Position numbers and translations under genes: made by a program. DNA of 64,000 bases from Bdellovibrionales bacterium (lineage in GTDB: Bacteria; Bdellovibrionota; Bdellovibrionia; Bdellovibrionales; JAUICD01), in assembly GCA_965197425.1 (NCBI GenBank), contig CBDANC010000015.1:320001-384000 (forward strand), in the 5' to 3' direction. Positions 27,608 through 36,958 of this stretch are shown here, piece by piece; the first letter of the stretch is position 1, and each line of letters begins with the position of its first letter. Under the pieces are notes generated by a model. It saw only the letters and a program-made list of their open reading frames with translations. It searched no databases and had not been told where the DNA came from.

Positions 27608-29197
27608 ATGGTAAAAAATAAAGTTCAGAAATTGAGAGATATTGAAAAGAAGTTGTGGATTGCGGCAGAGAAGCTTCGAATCAACATGGATGCTTCGGAA
27701 TACAAACATGTTGTGTTAGGCCTTATCTTCTTAAAGTATACATCAGACAGTTTTGAAAATTTTAGAACTAAGCTTGTGGAGCAAAAAAAGACAAACAAAA
27801 AAAAGCTAGAGGCTCTACTAGAAGATCAAAAATACTACATATCCAATAATATTTTTTGGGTTCCTCCAAAGGCCAGGTGGCATAAAACCTATAAAAACTC
27901 AGGAATACAAAATAAAGCCAATGATCCTAATATTGGTAAAATAATTGACAGTGCCATGGAACAAATAGAAAAAGACAACCCAAAACTTAAAAATGTTCTG
28001 CCAAAAGGTTTTGCCAAAAGACAAACAAACATCAGGCTTGGTGAGCTTATAGAGCTAATATCTACAATAGGCTTTAACAACTTAGAGTACAATGCAAAGG
28101 ATATCTTGGGGCATGTATATGAATATTTCCTAGGACAATTTGCCTCCCTGGAGGGAAGAAAAGGGGGGCAATTTTATACACCCAAGTCGGTAGTAAATTT
28201 AATAGTAGAATGCCTCGAACCATACAAGGGAAAAGTCTATGATCCAGCCATGGGCTCTGGAGGTTTTTTTGTTTCAAGTGAAAAGTTTATAGAAGCTCAT
28301 ATTAATGGAAACAATGTAAATCAGGCAAGAAGAAAAATTTCACTCTACGGTCAGGAATCAAACCCAACAACTTGGAAACTTTCAGCAATGAACATGGCAA
28401 TAAGGGGTTTTGAATTTAACTTTGGAAAAAAACCAGCAGATACCTTTATAGATAATCAACACAAAAACCTCAAAGCCAATTTTGTAATGGCCAATCCACC
28501 TTTTAATGTAAGTGATTGGGGGGGTGATAAATTAACCAAGGATAAAAGATGGAAGTATGGTATGCCTCCAAAAAACAACGCTAACTTTGCTTGGATTCAA
28601 CACATAATTCATCACCTATCACCACAAGGATTTGCTGGGGTAGTCTTAGCTAATGGATCTATGTCATCTAATACAAATAATGAAGGAGCTATTAGAACAA
28701 AACTTATCTGTGCTGATTTGGTAGACTGCATGATAGCTCTACCTGGACAATTATTTTCCAACACACAAATTCCCGCCTGTATTTGGATTTTAGCAAAAGA
28801 TAAATCAGGAAAGGATAAAAAAAGACAAAGAAAAAATGAATTGCTTTTTTTAGATGCCAGAAATTTAGGTATTATGATCAGTAGGGTTCAGAAAATATTT
28901 GAAAATGATGATATTAAAAAGATAGCTACTACCTATCATAATTGGAGAAATACAGATGGAAACTATAAAGATATAGTTGGATTTTGTAAATCCTCCACAC
29001 TAGAAGAAATTAAATCTAATGACTATGTGTTAAACCCAGGAAGATATGTTGGGATCGCTAGAAGCGAAGAAAAAGGACTTCCTTATCAAAAAAAGATGGA
29101 TGAACTTGTACAGCAATTAAAAGTGGATTTTAATAAGTCAGACAAATTAAAAAAACAGATTCAAAAAAATCTATCAGATCTTGGATTTTCTATATAA
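27608..29197 (+). CDS. hsdM: Type I restriction-modification methyltransferase subunit
   Basis: EYKHVVLGLIFLKY, GQFYTP, YDPAMGSGG, ANPPFN; start moved to ATG 27608 after the tRNA. Confidence 0.95.
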   Translation: MVKNKVQKLRDIEKKLWIAAEKLRINMDASEYKHVVLGLIFLKYTSDSFENFRTKLVEQKKTNKKKLEALLEDQKYYISNNIFWVPPKARWHKTYKNSGIQNKANDPNIGKIIDSAMEQIEKDNPKLKNVLPKGFAKRQTNIRLGELIELISTIGFNNLEYNAKDILGHVYEYFLGQFASLEGRKGGQFYTPKSVVNLIVECLEPYKGKVYDPAMGSGGFFVSSEKFIEAHINGNNVNQARRKISLYGQESNPTTWKLSAMNMAIRGFEFNFGKKPADTFIDNQHKNLKANFVMANPPFNVSDWGGDKLTKDKRWKYGMPPKNNANFAWIQHIIHHLSPQGFAGVVLANGSMSSNTNNEGAIRTKLICADLVDCMIALPGQLFSNTQIPACIWILAKDKSGKDKKRQRKNELLFLDARNLGIMISRVQKIFENDDIKKIATTYHNWRNTDGNYKDIVGFCKSSTLEEIKSNDYVLNPGRYVGIARSEEKGLPYQKKMDELVQQLKVDFNKSDKLKKQIQKNLSDLGFSI

Positions 29198-29252
29198 GAA
29201 TGATTAAAATTATACTTGAGTGTTTTACAATATATCTTAAGGAAGAAGCATT

Positions 29253-30458
29253 TTGTTAGATAAGAAAAATCTGTCCAGCTTGGTGAAATTTAATCCAACT
29301 CGTGTTTTAAAAAAGGATGAGCTATCTCCTTATGTGGATATGGCAGCTATTAAAAATGGACCAGATATAACTAAAATTACTTATAGAAAGTTCCAAGGCG
29401 GGGGAAGCCGGTTTGGTAATGGTGATATACTTTTAACCAGACTTACAACACACTCAAATCCCACAAATATTAAATCAGCTATTGTTAAGGGTTTACAAAA
29501 AAATGGATGGGGCTCCACAGAGTTTATTGTAATGTTGCCCAAAGAAATATCAGACACTAATTTTATATATTACCTAACTAAGTTTTCTATGTTTAGAAAA
29601 TACATGGCAAAAAATATGAGCGGAACAACTAGACAAAGGGTATCGTGGCAAGTGTTATCAAAATTTAGTTTTAATTTCCCAAATTTTAGTTATCGTAAAA
29701 AAGCAGGTTATATACTAAATCAATATGACGATCTTATTAGTCAAAACATACTAATAATTGAAAAACTAGAGAAGCTAATAGGTATAATGTTTGAAGCGGT
29801 GTTTATAGATTCTGATCTTCACTATATCAAAAAATTGCTAAACATTGGTAAACAAATTGAACTTCAGCCAGGTAAGTCAGATAAAATTCCAACAGGTTGG
29901 AAGTACGAGAGTTTAGATAAAAATATAGATTTTTTAAATGGGCTAGCTTTGCAAAACTATCCACATAAAGGAGATGAATCAGACTTACCTATTTTAAAAA
30001 TTGCACAACTCAAAAAAGGTTTCCTAGAAGGAGGAGGGTTTTCATCATGTGATATACCTGACAAGTACATCATAAAAGATGGGGACTTGATTTTTTCCTG
30101 GTCTGCTAGCTTAGTTGTAAAGATTTGGTGTGGTGGTAAGGCTGCTCTAAACCAACATTTATTCAAGATAACATCTAATTTGTATCCTAAGTGGTTTCAA
30201 TGGTTGTGGTGTAAATTTTATCTTAGACAATTTCAATCTATTGCAGAGTCCAAAATCACCACCATGGGACATATTCAAAGAAAACATTTAACTGAGGCAG
30301 AAATACTTGTTCCAACAAAAACACATATGAGACAGTTAGATAAAATCTTTCAGCCAATCTTGGATCAAATTATAATGTGTAATCTGGAGATTCATAATTT
30401 AAGAAATATCCAAACTACACTGATACCAAAACTAATGAAGGGTGAGGTTAGGTTGTAG
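29253..30458 (+). CDS. hsdS: Type I restriction-modification specificity subunit
   Basis: Two TRDs with conserved spacers (GSTEFIV, IPTGW, LNQHLFK, LIPKLMKGEV); follows hsdM. Confidence 0.9.
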   Translation: MLDKKNLSSLVKFNPTRVLKKDELSPYVDMAAIKNGPDITKITYRKFQGGGSRFGNGDILLTRLTTHSNPTNIKSAIVKGLQKNGWGSTEFIVMLPKEISDTNFIYYLTKFSMFRKYMAKNMSGTTRQRVSWQVLSKFSFNFPNFSYRKKAGYILNQYDDLISQNILIIEKLEKLIGIMFEAVFIDSDLHYIKKLLNIGKQIELQPGKSDKIPTGWKYESLDKNIDFLNGLALQNYPHKGDESDLPILKIAQLKKGFLEGGGFSSCDIPDKYIIKDGDLIFSWSASLVVKIWCGGKAALNQHLFKITSNLYPKWFQWLWCKFYLRQFQSIAESKITTMGHIQRKHLTEAEILVPTKTHMRQLDKIFQPILDQIIMCNLEIHNLRNIQTTLIPKLMKGEVRL

Positions 30459-30591
30459 CGAAGACTTTTAGTACCTCTTGTCGTATTACACCTTGCAGTG
30501 CTGGGCAACTCTAATACTGAAAGTACCCTGGCTACACTGGGACTTTGTCCTGCGTTTCGCCTAGGCAACTTTCAGTTTTAGCGAAGACCTT
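30456..30591 (+). repeat. Modular intergenic repeat, locus E (ctgaaagt...actttcag hairpin type)
   Basis: tagcgaagactttt...cagtgctgggcaact...tagcgaagacctt; same module as loci G and H. Confidence 0.9.
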
Positions 30592-30597
30592 CATATA

Positions 30598-30630
30598 AAA
30601 AAACACCGAATGATTAATTCGGTGTTTTTT
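30598..30630. terminator. Bidirectional rho-independent terminator
   Basis: aaaaaacaccgaat-gatta-attcggtgtttttt between convergent genes. Confidence 0.85.
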
Positions 30631-30653
30631 AAATTTGTTTAATTTACTACCTA

Positions 30654-31595
30654 TTAAAAAGTACCAGTAAGGTTAAGGACATAGTTTGTGTATCTAGGGT
30701 TATACAAAAAGTTTTGACCTTCTCTTTCATTCCCTGCAGAATCAGTATCAGCTGTATCACCAAGTGGTCTGTACTCAAGTAAGCCCACACCTGCGGAATA
30801 TTTGCTGTTTCCTATTTTAGCAAGCAGAAGAGATTCGTTGTAAGCATGTAACTCACCGGAAAAACCAGTATCTTGTCTCTTTTTGAATCTTACACCATGC
30901 CACGTGTAGAAAGAAAACGGACCAACCGCTCCTGATATTGAACCGTAAAGGGTGGTTCTAAGCTGATCCCTTGTGTCTACGCCAGTAACGCTAGCATCAC
31001 TGTGGTATGCGTAGTGTCTAAGCTCGGCACTTAAACCAAGTTTAATCCCGTCAATACCACTAGGAACACGACCGCTCAAGAGTCCTCTAAGATAAGAAGC
31101 CCGATCAGCTCCTCTAGAACCCATCGATACAGGAATGTAGTACCTAAGGTAACCACCTAAATCCATAGCACCTAATGTAGCAATTCTTCCTGAATACATT
31201 AGGTATGGATCGTCCATTTTAAAGGTTTGATGAGTTTGATCTATATTTGGAAGATCATTTGGGTTACCAGTTATAAATGTCATTGCTAGATGAAACTTGC
31301 CAGCTCCCAGCTTGCGATAAGGTCTCAATAATAGGTACGAGGTAGGTTCTACATCTAATTGATCACGACTCACAAGACCAGTAGGATCAGCCACAGGTGA
31401 TTCAACCCAAAGATCTATAAGTGTTCCATCAAAAAAGCCAGACCCACTTTCTTCTGCCATTGCCATTGGCTCGGCAGTTTCCTCAACAGCTGGCATAGCA
31501 GTTTCTTCTGCTTGCTCTCCCGCCGCTGGTTCCTGGGCATTTACACCAAACGCCGCTAAAGACAATGCAACCATTGCTGTTAAAAATACTCTCAT
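30654..31595 (-). CDS. Putative outer-membrane beta-barrel protein
   Basis: AGGAGG RBS, signal peptide MRVFLTAMVALSLAAFGVNA, alternating beta-strand pattern, C-terminal YVLNLTGTF. Confidence 0.65.
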   Translation of the reverse strand: MRVFLTAMVALSLAAFGVNAQEPAAGEQAEETAMPAVEETAEPMAMAEESGSGFFDGTLIDLWVESPVADPTGLVSRDQLDVEPTSYLLLRPYRKLGAGKFHLAMTFITGNPNDLPNIDQTHQTFKMDDPYLMYSGRIATLGAMDLGGYLRYYIPVSMGSRGADRASYLRGLLSGRVPSGIDGIKLGLSAELRHYAYHSDASVTGVDTRDQLRTTLYGSISGAVGPFSFYTWHGVRFKKRQDTGFSGELHAYNESLLLAKIGNSKYSAGVGLLEYRPLGDTADTDSAGNEREGQNFLYNPRYTNYVLNLTGTF

Positions 31596-31892
31596 AACTT
31601 TTCCTCCTAACGTAAAAGCATAAATGCCTATCAAGCGGGACGAGGAATAACTAAAAAACTTACACATGTCTACATATTTTTGTGGTGTGTACTTTTTTAT
31701 AAGAAAGGACAAGAACATCTTCTAAGCACTAGATTACCAAGAACAAATTAATGACAAGTAGCAACATTTTGTAGAAAACTCTGTTTTTATATTTTCTATA
31801 AATGTTAGTTTTATCTGTAGTTTTTGTAAAATGTGTTTGGCTTAGCTTTTGTTTGTCACAAAATTTGAGCTGTACTATATTGATTGTGATTT

Positions 31893-32717
31893 ATGGATTT
31901 TGAGGATTTTAAGCTAGAACCTTTATCCGAGGGGCTGGGTTTTCATAAAAAGAAAGTGAATCTTGATTCCGAGGTCAAGAAGGCCGGATTTGTGGATGAA
32001 AAACTTACCTTAAATATTCCCGTGTCCTCATCTATACCAATTCAACCTAAAAAAACAAACATGATGGGTGGTACTTCGCAACCAGGTCAGCATAATAAAC
32101 CACTATTTAAAAATCACGCTAGTACGCAAAAGCAACTATCCTCTCATGCTAACTCGTCTAGTAACACACTAGCTCCTTTTAAAGATCGTTCTGTAAAATT
32201 CTCTGAGTTAAGTAGTAAAGATAGGGAAGTTTCTAGTTTGTTGGATAATAAAGTTTCATCTAATGTTGGTGTTAAGTTTCATGAAGTTGAGTGTTCACAT
32301 AGTTTTACTGCTTTGGTATTTGATTTCTTTGTAGTTTCTGGTTTGTTTTTGACTGCTTCTTTTATGTTATTTGTTGTTACTGATTTAAATATGGATGTAT
32401 TTTTAACAGGGCTTGCTCGTGATCCTATTACTCAGGGTATGATGGCCACTTTGTTTTTTTCTATTTCAATATTTTATTTGGTTCTGTCTAGAAGTGTAAC
32501 TTTTTGTACTTTGGGTGAGTGGGCATTGGATATGAAGCTGGGCAATGAAAAACACAGAAGTAGTGTATTTTATCCAATTAAAGTATTCCTCAGAAGTTTT
32601 ATTATTTTGATAACAGGAGTGTTACCCATCACCTTGTTAAGCCTTGTTAGAAGAAAAGATTGTTTAAGAAGAATACTGCCTTTAGTTAAAACTGTACCAT
32701 CAAACAATAAATCTTAA
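31893..32717 (+). CDS. RDD family membrane protein
   Basis: FTALVFDF, TLGEWALDMK, LRS motifs; C-terminal TM helices; N-terminal PLSEGLGFH. Confidence 0.75.
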   Translation: MDFEDFKLEPLSEGLGFHKKKVNLDSEVKKAGFVDEKLTLNIPVSSSIPIQPKKTNMMGGTSQPGQHNKPLFKNHASTQKQLSSHANSSSNTLAPFKDRSVKFSELSSKDREVSSLLDNKVSSNVGVKFHEVECSHSFTALVFDFFVVSGLFLTASFMLFVVTDLNMDVFLTGLARDPITQGMMATLFFSISIFYLVLSRSVTFCTLGEWALDMKLGNEKHRSSVFYPIKVFLRSFIILITGVLPITLLSLVRRKDCLRRILPLVKTVPSNNKS

Positions 32718-32729
32718 ACCAACACTGGT

Positions 32730-32812
32730 TGGATCGGGCAGGCAGGCAATCCGGCAATCCGGCAGACAGGCAATCGGGCAATCAAGCAGACAGGCCATCC
32801 GGAATTTGGCAA
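32730..32812 (+). repeat. Degenerate octamer tandem repeats (GGCAATCN/GGCAGACA) upstream of four-helix gene 1
   Basis: ggcaatcc ggcaatcc ggcagaca ggcaatcg ggcaatca agcagaca ggccatcc. Confidence 0.9.
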
Positions 32813-32890
32813 TTGTCTCCTTTTTTAAAAAAATATTTCCTCCTAGGTAAAAACTATAGAGCAAATATTTTTTCTAAAAAAAGGAGACAA
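32813..32890 (+). promoter_or_regulatory. Long hairpin sequestering the SD of four-helix gene 1
   Basis: ttgtctcctttttt-aaaaaaatattt pairs with aaatatttttt-ct-aaaaaaaggagacaa, which contains AAGGAG. Confidence 0.7.
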
Positions 32891-32893
32891 CTT

Positions 32894-33253
32894 ATGAAAA
32901 AATTAAAAACATACCAACTAGCTATTAAATTCTATAAAAATTCTAGAGACCTTCACCTAAAGGAACCACTTAAGGATCAGTTCCAAAGAGCTACCCTAAG
33001 CATTGTACTAAATATTGCAGAAGGAAGTGCCAAACCGACCGCAGGGAGGTTATTTCAATTGGAAAATATAAAGATTTATCCCGTGAGCCAATTGAACCAA
33101 CCCACAACAAAAGATAGAAGAAAGTATTATAGAACCAGCCTCGGCTCACTCAGAGAAACACAAGCAATACTAGAAATCATAAACCACAAAAACCTAATAG
33201 AAGAAGCAAATATACTCGGAGGATATCTATACAAACTGTGTAAGAATACATAG
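32894..33253 (+). CDS. Four-helix-bundle protein (23S rRNA IVP/Avd-like family) with a 22-aa in-frame insertion
   Basis: LKDQFQRATLSIVLNIAEGS, SLGSLRETQAILE; start ATG 32894 after AAGGAG. Confidence 0.9.
   Translation: MKKLKTYQLAIKFYKNSRDLHLKEPLKDQFQRATLSIVLNIAEGSAKPTAGRLFQLENIKIYPVSQLNQPTTKDRRKYYRTSLGSLRETQAILEIINHKNLIEEANILGGYLYKLCKNT
33035..33100 (+). mobile_element. 66-bp palindromic element inserted in-frame
   Basis: Near-identical to 7293..7359 (+) and 42157..42222 (-); absent from the paralog at 36610..36903. Confidence 0.9.
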
Positions 33254-33259
33254 GATAGA

Positions 33260-33470
33260 GCAGGCAATCGGGCAATCGGGCAATCGGGCAATCGGGCAAT
33301 CCGGCAGTCGGGCAGACAGTATCAGGTATCTAGCTTCTTTTAATTTTTCCAAAAAAATTAAGGATATTACGGGTGCCTGGTGGCGGATGTCAGATGCAGA
33401 TAACAGATCCCGGAGTGCCAGATCCCAGAGCTGATTGGGTAAATCGGACAATCAGACAGGCGCAGATAAG
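33260..33470 (+). repeat. Octamer tandem repeats and degenerate CAGAT-type repeats downstream of four-helix gene 1
   Basis: (ggcaatcg)x4 ggcaatcc ggcagtcg ggcagaca; then cagatgcagataacagatcc..gccagatcccagag. Confidence 0.88.
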
Positions 33471-33478
33471 TGAAGTAG

Positions 33479-34696
33479 TTAAGTTTGTTCTGGAGGCGGC
33501 GGAGTTTGTTCTGGCGGCTTATTTGCTTCCTTATGTTTTTCTAGTAGATCAGCTATAAATGATTGTGCTTCACTTGCAATTGTTCTTAGCTCACCTTCAG
33601 AAGACTGGGATATTTTTTCCAATTTTTCTGTCATCGTTTCATATTCGGAGGTGTCTATCTTAGTTTGCTCGTTTACACTAGAGATACTTCTTTGTTGTGT
33701 CTCTTCAGAACCTTCTTGTGTAGGCTGATCTTCTTCGTGAGAAGCTAGGTTTCTTTGTGCTAATTTTTTTCCAATTTTGATGGCTTCTATTTTTACAGAG
33801 AAGTCTTCGTCATCCAAAACTTGGTTTATTATGCTTGCGTGTTTATATGACGAAGTATACTGTTCTAATGATTCACTTGCCTTACTTACTACATAGTCAA
33901 ATGGTGAGTTATTTTTTTGATAAGCTAATTCTTTAAAACTTCTTGGGCTTGGAGTTTGTGATAAAGCGAGAAGGCCATGCTGCCTTACCAAGGCATTTTC
34001 ACTTTTTAATGTGTTAGATATTATAGAATAAAATGTTGCAGCGGATACTTCACCAGCGTGAAACGCGTCTATAAACCTTTTTGTTGTTTTCAGCGATGGA
34101 GAGCTTAGTAGTGATTTGGACCAGTGACCTGTGTTGTTGTCCACTTGGTTTGGGGTGTTAGTTTGATCATACATAGGGCTTACAGCTCCACCAGCTACAT
34201 AGCCGGGGAATGCGTTGTTTGCTTGTGGAGATGAATCATCGAAATCTGCATCTTCCGTATCTCCTAACATAGCTGTTTGATCATGTGGGGCTATTGGCGC
34301 TCCACCTACTACTCTTACAGCAACAGTATTTTTTGCTTTTTGACTTCCTTTTTTCTTTTCAGCTTTCTTGTTGTCATCAGTTTTTTTCTTTTCAGCTTTT
34401 TTTGCACTTCTCTTTTTTTCTTTTTCTTCGTCCTCGTCTTCTTGTGGTTTTTCTACCAATGGAGGTTGTTCAGGCTCTTTTTTTTCTCTGGTTGTTTTTT
34501 TAAACGAAATGGATTTATTAAGCCATACCTTTTTCTCTAGGGTAGTTCTTTTTCCAAGAATACCCAGGTCTCTTTTTTCCTCGTGTATCTCTCTGGTATT
34601 GTTTGCAGAAAATATCATACCAATGGCTCCAACCATTACAGTTGTAACCACAATAAATGCTATCTTTTGCTTCTTGGAAAACATGCCAAAACCCAC
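33479..34696 (-). CDS. Membrane-anchored hypothetical protein with HEAT-like helical region
   Basis: N-terminal TM, K/E-rich linker, ENALVRQHGLLALS and DEDFSVKIEAI HEAT-like segments. Confidence 0.6.
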   Translation of the reverse strand: MGFGMFSKKQKIAFIVVTTVMVGAIGMIFSANNTREIHEEKRDLGILGKRTTLEKKVWLNKSISFKKTTREKKEPEQPPLVEKPQEDEDEEKEKKRSAKKAEKKKTDDNKKAEKKKGSQKAKNTVAVRVVGGAPIAPHDQTAMLGDTEDADFDDSSPQANNAFPGYVAGGAVSPMYDQTNTPNQVDNNTGHWSKSLLSSPSLKTTKRFIDAFHAGEVSAATFYSIISNTLKSENALVRQHGLLALSQTPSPRSFKELAYQKNNSPFDYVVSKASESLEQYTSSYKHASIINQVLDDEDFSVKIEAIKIGKKLAQRNLASHEEDQPTQEGSEETQQRSISSVNEQTKIDTSEYETMTEKLEKISQSSEGELRTIASEAQSFIADLLEKHKEANKPPEQTPPPPEQT

Positions 34697-34855
34697 CCTC
34701 TAGACAAATACACCACTTTAGGATCATACAAAGTGGCAACTTTCTCAACAGGCCTTTAGCCCTGAATACTAATATCGGAGCTTTTTTATGGATCTATAGT
34801 TTAGTGTGCTAGGCATTTTGGAGATGTGGTTTTTAAATATGCTCTGTGATAGCAT

Positions 34856-35707
34856 TTGTTAATGTTAGAGACTTTAGATTTGCTCTGTAAAAAAGCAGGT
34901 ACTGATCAAAGATCATTTTCTGAATTGTTAACTTTTATTGAAAATGTAGGCCCTAAGGTTCTTGCTTCCTCCTATCTGCTAAGACCTAAGAGTATGGCAT
35001 TTAGATTGGGTATTACAGGTCCTCCTGGAGCTGGAAAATCAAGTTTAATAGATTGTTTTTTGAACAATTTGACTGAAAAAAAAGTTGGAGTTCTAGCAAT
35101 AGACCCAACCAGCCCATACTCAAATGGAGCTCTGTTAGGAGATAGAATCCGCTATCAAGGCCATAAAAATGTATTTGTTAGATCTATTGGAACCAGAGGA
35201 GATGTTGGTGGAATCTGTGCTGTAAGCTATTTAATGTTGAGGGCTTTTGACTGTGCTGGTTTTGACATAGTATTTGTTGAAACAGTTGGAGTGGGTCAAA
35301 CTGAATGGGAAATCATGCATGCTGCAGATGAAGTAGGAGTGGTACTAGTCCCTGAAAGTGGGGATGGAATTCAAGCTATGAAGGCAGGGCTTATGGAAAT
35401 AGCAGACTTTTTTATTGTAAATAAATCAGATAGAGGTGGTGCAAAATCCCTAAAAAATGAGCTTGTGAATATTTCTAAAAATGGAAAGCATCCTCCAGTA
35501 TTTGAAACTTCAACTGTTTTAAATAAAGGGATAGATGAGGTTATGGAGCATATTTTAGGGCCCAAGGAGTTTAAAAGAGATACTCCTGACAGAATAAGAG
35601 CAGAAGCGCGCGCCCTTTTTAGATTAAATGTAACAAATGATCTTTTAGAAAAAACAAAAAATATTACAGATCTAAAATCGCTAAAAAACTTTTTTGTAAA
35701 TACTTAG
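34856..35707 (+). CDS. meaB: Methylmalonyl-CoA mutase-associated GTPase MeaB
   Basis: GITGPPGAGKS, DPTSPYSNGALLGDRIR, ETVGVGQ, GDGIQAMKAG, VNKSD. Confidence 0.93.
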   Translation: MLMLETLDLLCKKAGTDQRSFSELLTFIENVGPKVLASSYLLRPKSMAFRLGITGPPGAGKSSLIDCFLNNLTEKKVGVLAIDPTSPYSNGALLGDRIRYQGHKNVFVRSIGTRGDVGGICAVSYLMLRAFDCAGFDIVFVETVGVGQTEWEIMHAADEVGVVLVPESGDGIQAMKAGLMEIADFFIVNKSDRGGAKSLKNELVNISKNGKHPPVFETSTVLNKGIDEVMEHILGPKEFKRDTPDRIRAEARALFRLNVTNDLLEKTKNITDLKSLKNFFVNT

Positions 35708-35710
35708 TGG

Positions 35711-35751
35711 AACGGGATCAGCATCGTGTTCCAGAGCTGGGGAAGACCTTA
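35711..35751 (+). repeat. Modular intergenic repeat, locus F (minimal unit, no hairpin module)
   Basis: aacgggatcagcatcgtgttccagagctggggaagacctta. Confidence 0.88.
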
Positions 35752-35754
35752 AAT

Positions 35755-36363
35755 TTAGTTTTGTTCTCGATCTGGTTCGATAATTTCTATCATAACGAGA
35801 CCATTTTCTCTTGATTTAGCAATCGCAAGTCCTACTTCCTCTGAGTCATCAAATAAAGTAAACTCTTCTGTTAATTCACCTTCATCAAAGTTTTCAGAAG
35901 CAAGTTCTATTGAATCAAACTCGACATGCCAAATTTTTCTGTGTTTTTTTATAAATTTTCCTCTGTCCTGTACTTCCATCATATCTGCATCTTGGCTTAA
36001 GTGTACCTGTGATATTTTATTAAGTTCTCTCTTTATGGTGTACTGTCCATATAGTACACCAAACTGAAATTGCTCAAGCTGATTGGCTCTTCTGCCAACA
36101 GAGTATAGAGTTTTGGAAGATTTTCTAGCAAGCCTCCTGAGCTGCTTTGTTCCCTCTTGTGACTCTTCAAAATTTGCAATTGCTCTTTTTTGATCAGGAT
36201 CATCAGTTGTATTTAGGACGTTTAGCATTGGAACAGCAAACAAAGTAAATACAATAGCAAAACATGCTCCAACCTGCTTGGCTCTCAAATAGTTTCTTTT
36301 TGGTTTGTCCCTGACAACAGTTGGAAATTTAACTATGTTGTTATTACTTTTTTTCTTTTTCAA
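35755..36363 (-). CDS. Hypothetical single-TM protein
   Basis: 202-aa ORF with GAGG RBS, basic N-terminus and one TM segment. Confidence 0.6.
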   Translation of the reverse strand: MKKKKSNNNIVKFPTVVRDKPKRNYLRAKQVGACFAIVFTLFAVPMLNVLNTTDDPDQKRAIANFEESQEGTKQLRRLARKSSKTLYSVGRRANQLEQFQFGVLYGQYTIKRELNKISQVHLSQDADMMEVQDRGKFIKKHRKIWHVEFDSIELASENFDEGELTEEFTLFDDSEEVGLAIAKSRENGLVMIEIIEPDREQN

Positions 36364-36515
36364 TTAAAACCTCTAAATTTTCCTAATATTTAAGTTTACC
36401 AAATACTGGATTCCCCAAGCTTATCGGCAAAACTAGTGTAAGTAAGAGAGCCTAAAGTATACTAACCACCATCTTAACAGATTGACCAGAGTTTGCAAGA
36501 CCAAGGTATTATTTT

Positions 36516-36611
36516 CAGGCAATCAGGCATTCTGGCAATCCGACATTCAGGGATCCGGTAATCAGTTATCGGTTAGCAGATAACAGATCTCAGATAACTG
36601 ATTGCCGGATC
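36516..36611. repeat. Octamer repeats and inverted repeat downstream of four-helix gene 2
   Basis: ggcaatca ggcattct ggcaatcc gacattca; gatccggtaatcagttatc...gataactgattgccggatc. Confidence 0.85.
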
Positions 36612-36903
36612 AAGTGTTTTTCCATAATTGGTATAAGAATCCCCCTAATGTATCTATTTCCTTTACGAGGTTTTTGTTGTCTATGATATCTAATATGGCC
36701 TGTACTTCTCTAAGGGAGCCTAGGCTTATCGCATAGAATCTTTTTCTATCTTTTGGTGTTGGTTTAGCACTTCCTTCTGCAATATTAAGGACAATGCTTA
36801 GAGTAGCTCTTTGGAATTGATTTCTAAGAGGTTCTCTTAGACAAAGCTTTTTTGAGTTTTGATAAAACTCTTTAGCTAGTTGGTATGTTTTTAATTTTTT
36901 CAT
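36610..36903 (-). CDS. Four-helix-bundle protein (23S rRNA IVP/Avd-like family), copy 2
   Basis: LRNQFQRATLSIVLNIAEGS, SLGSLREVQAIL; close paralog of 32894..33253. Confidence 0.92.
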   Translation of the reverse strand: MKKLKTYQLAKEFYQNSKKLCLREPLRNQFQRATLSIVLNIAEGSAKPTPKDRKRFYAISLGSLREVQAILDIIDNKNLVKEIDTLGGFLYQLWKNT

Positions 36904-36947
36904 AAAAAATTTCCTCCTTACTATCTTTTGATGGGAGGAAATTTTTT
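36904..36947 (-). promoter_or_regulatory. Perfect 14-bp-stem hairpin sequestering the SD of four-helix gene 2
   Basis: Minus strand aaaaaatttcctcc-N16-ggaggaaatttttt-ATG. Confidence 0.75.
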
Positions 36948-36958
36948 TGAAAAAATTA

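Noticed and set aside
30481..30591. HDV-like ribozyme: GCTGGGCAAC-hairpin-GCGAAG resembles the HDV J1/4-P4-J4/2 segment
   Set aside because: No upstream P1/P2 partner strands or UCC..CG L3 loop found in the copies examined, and several copies lack the catalytic C. An RNArobo/Infernal search would settle it.
32894..36903. Diversity-generating retroelement or 23S rRNA intervening sequence
   Set aside because: No reverse transcriptase, no TR/VR pair with adenine-specific mismatches and no rRNA sequence in the window.
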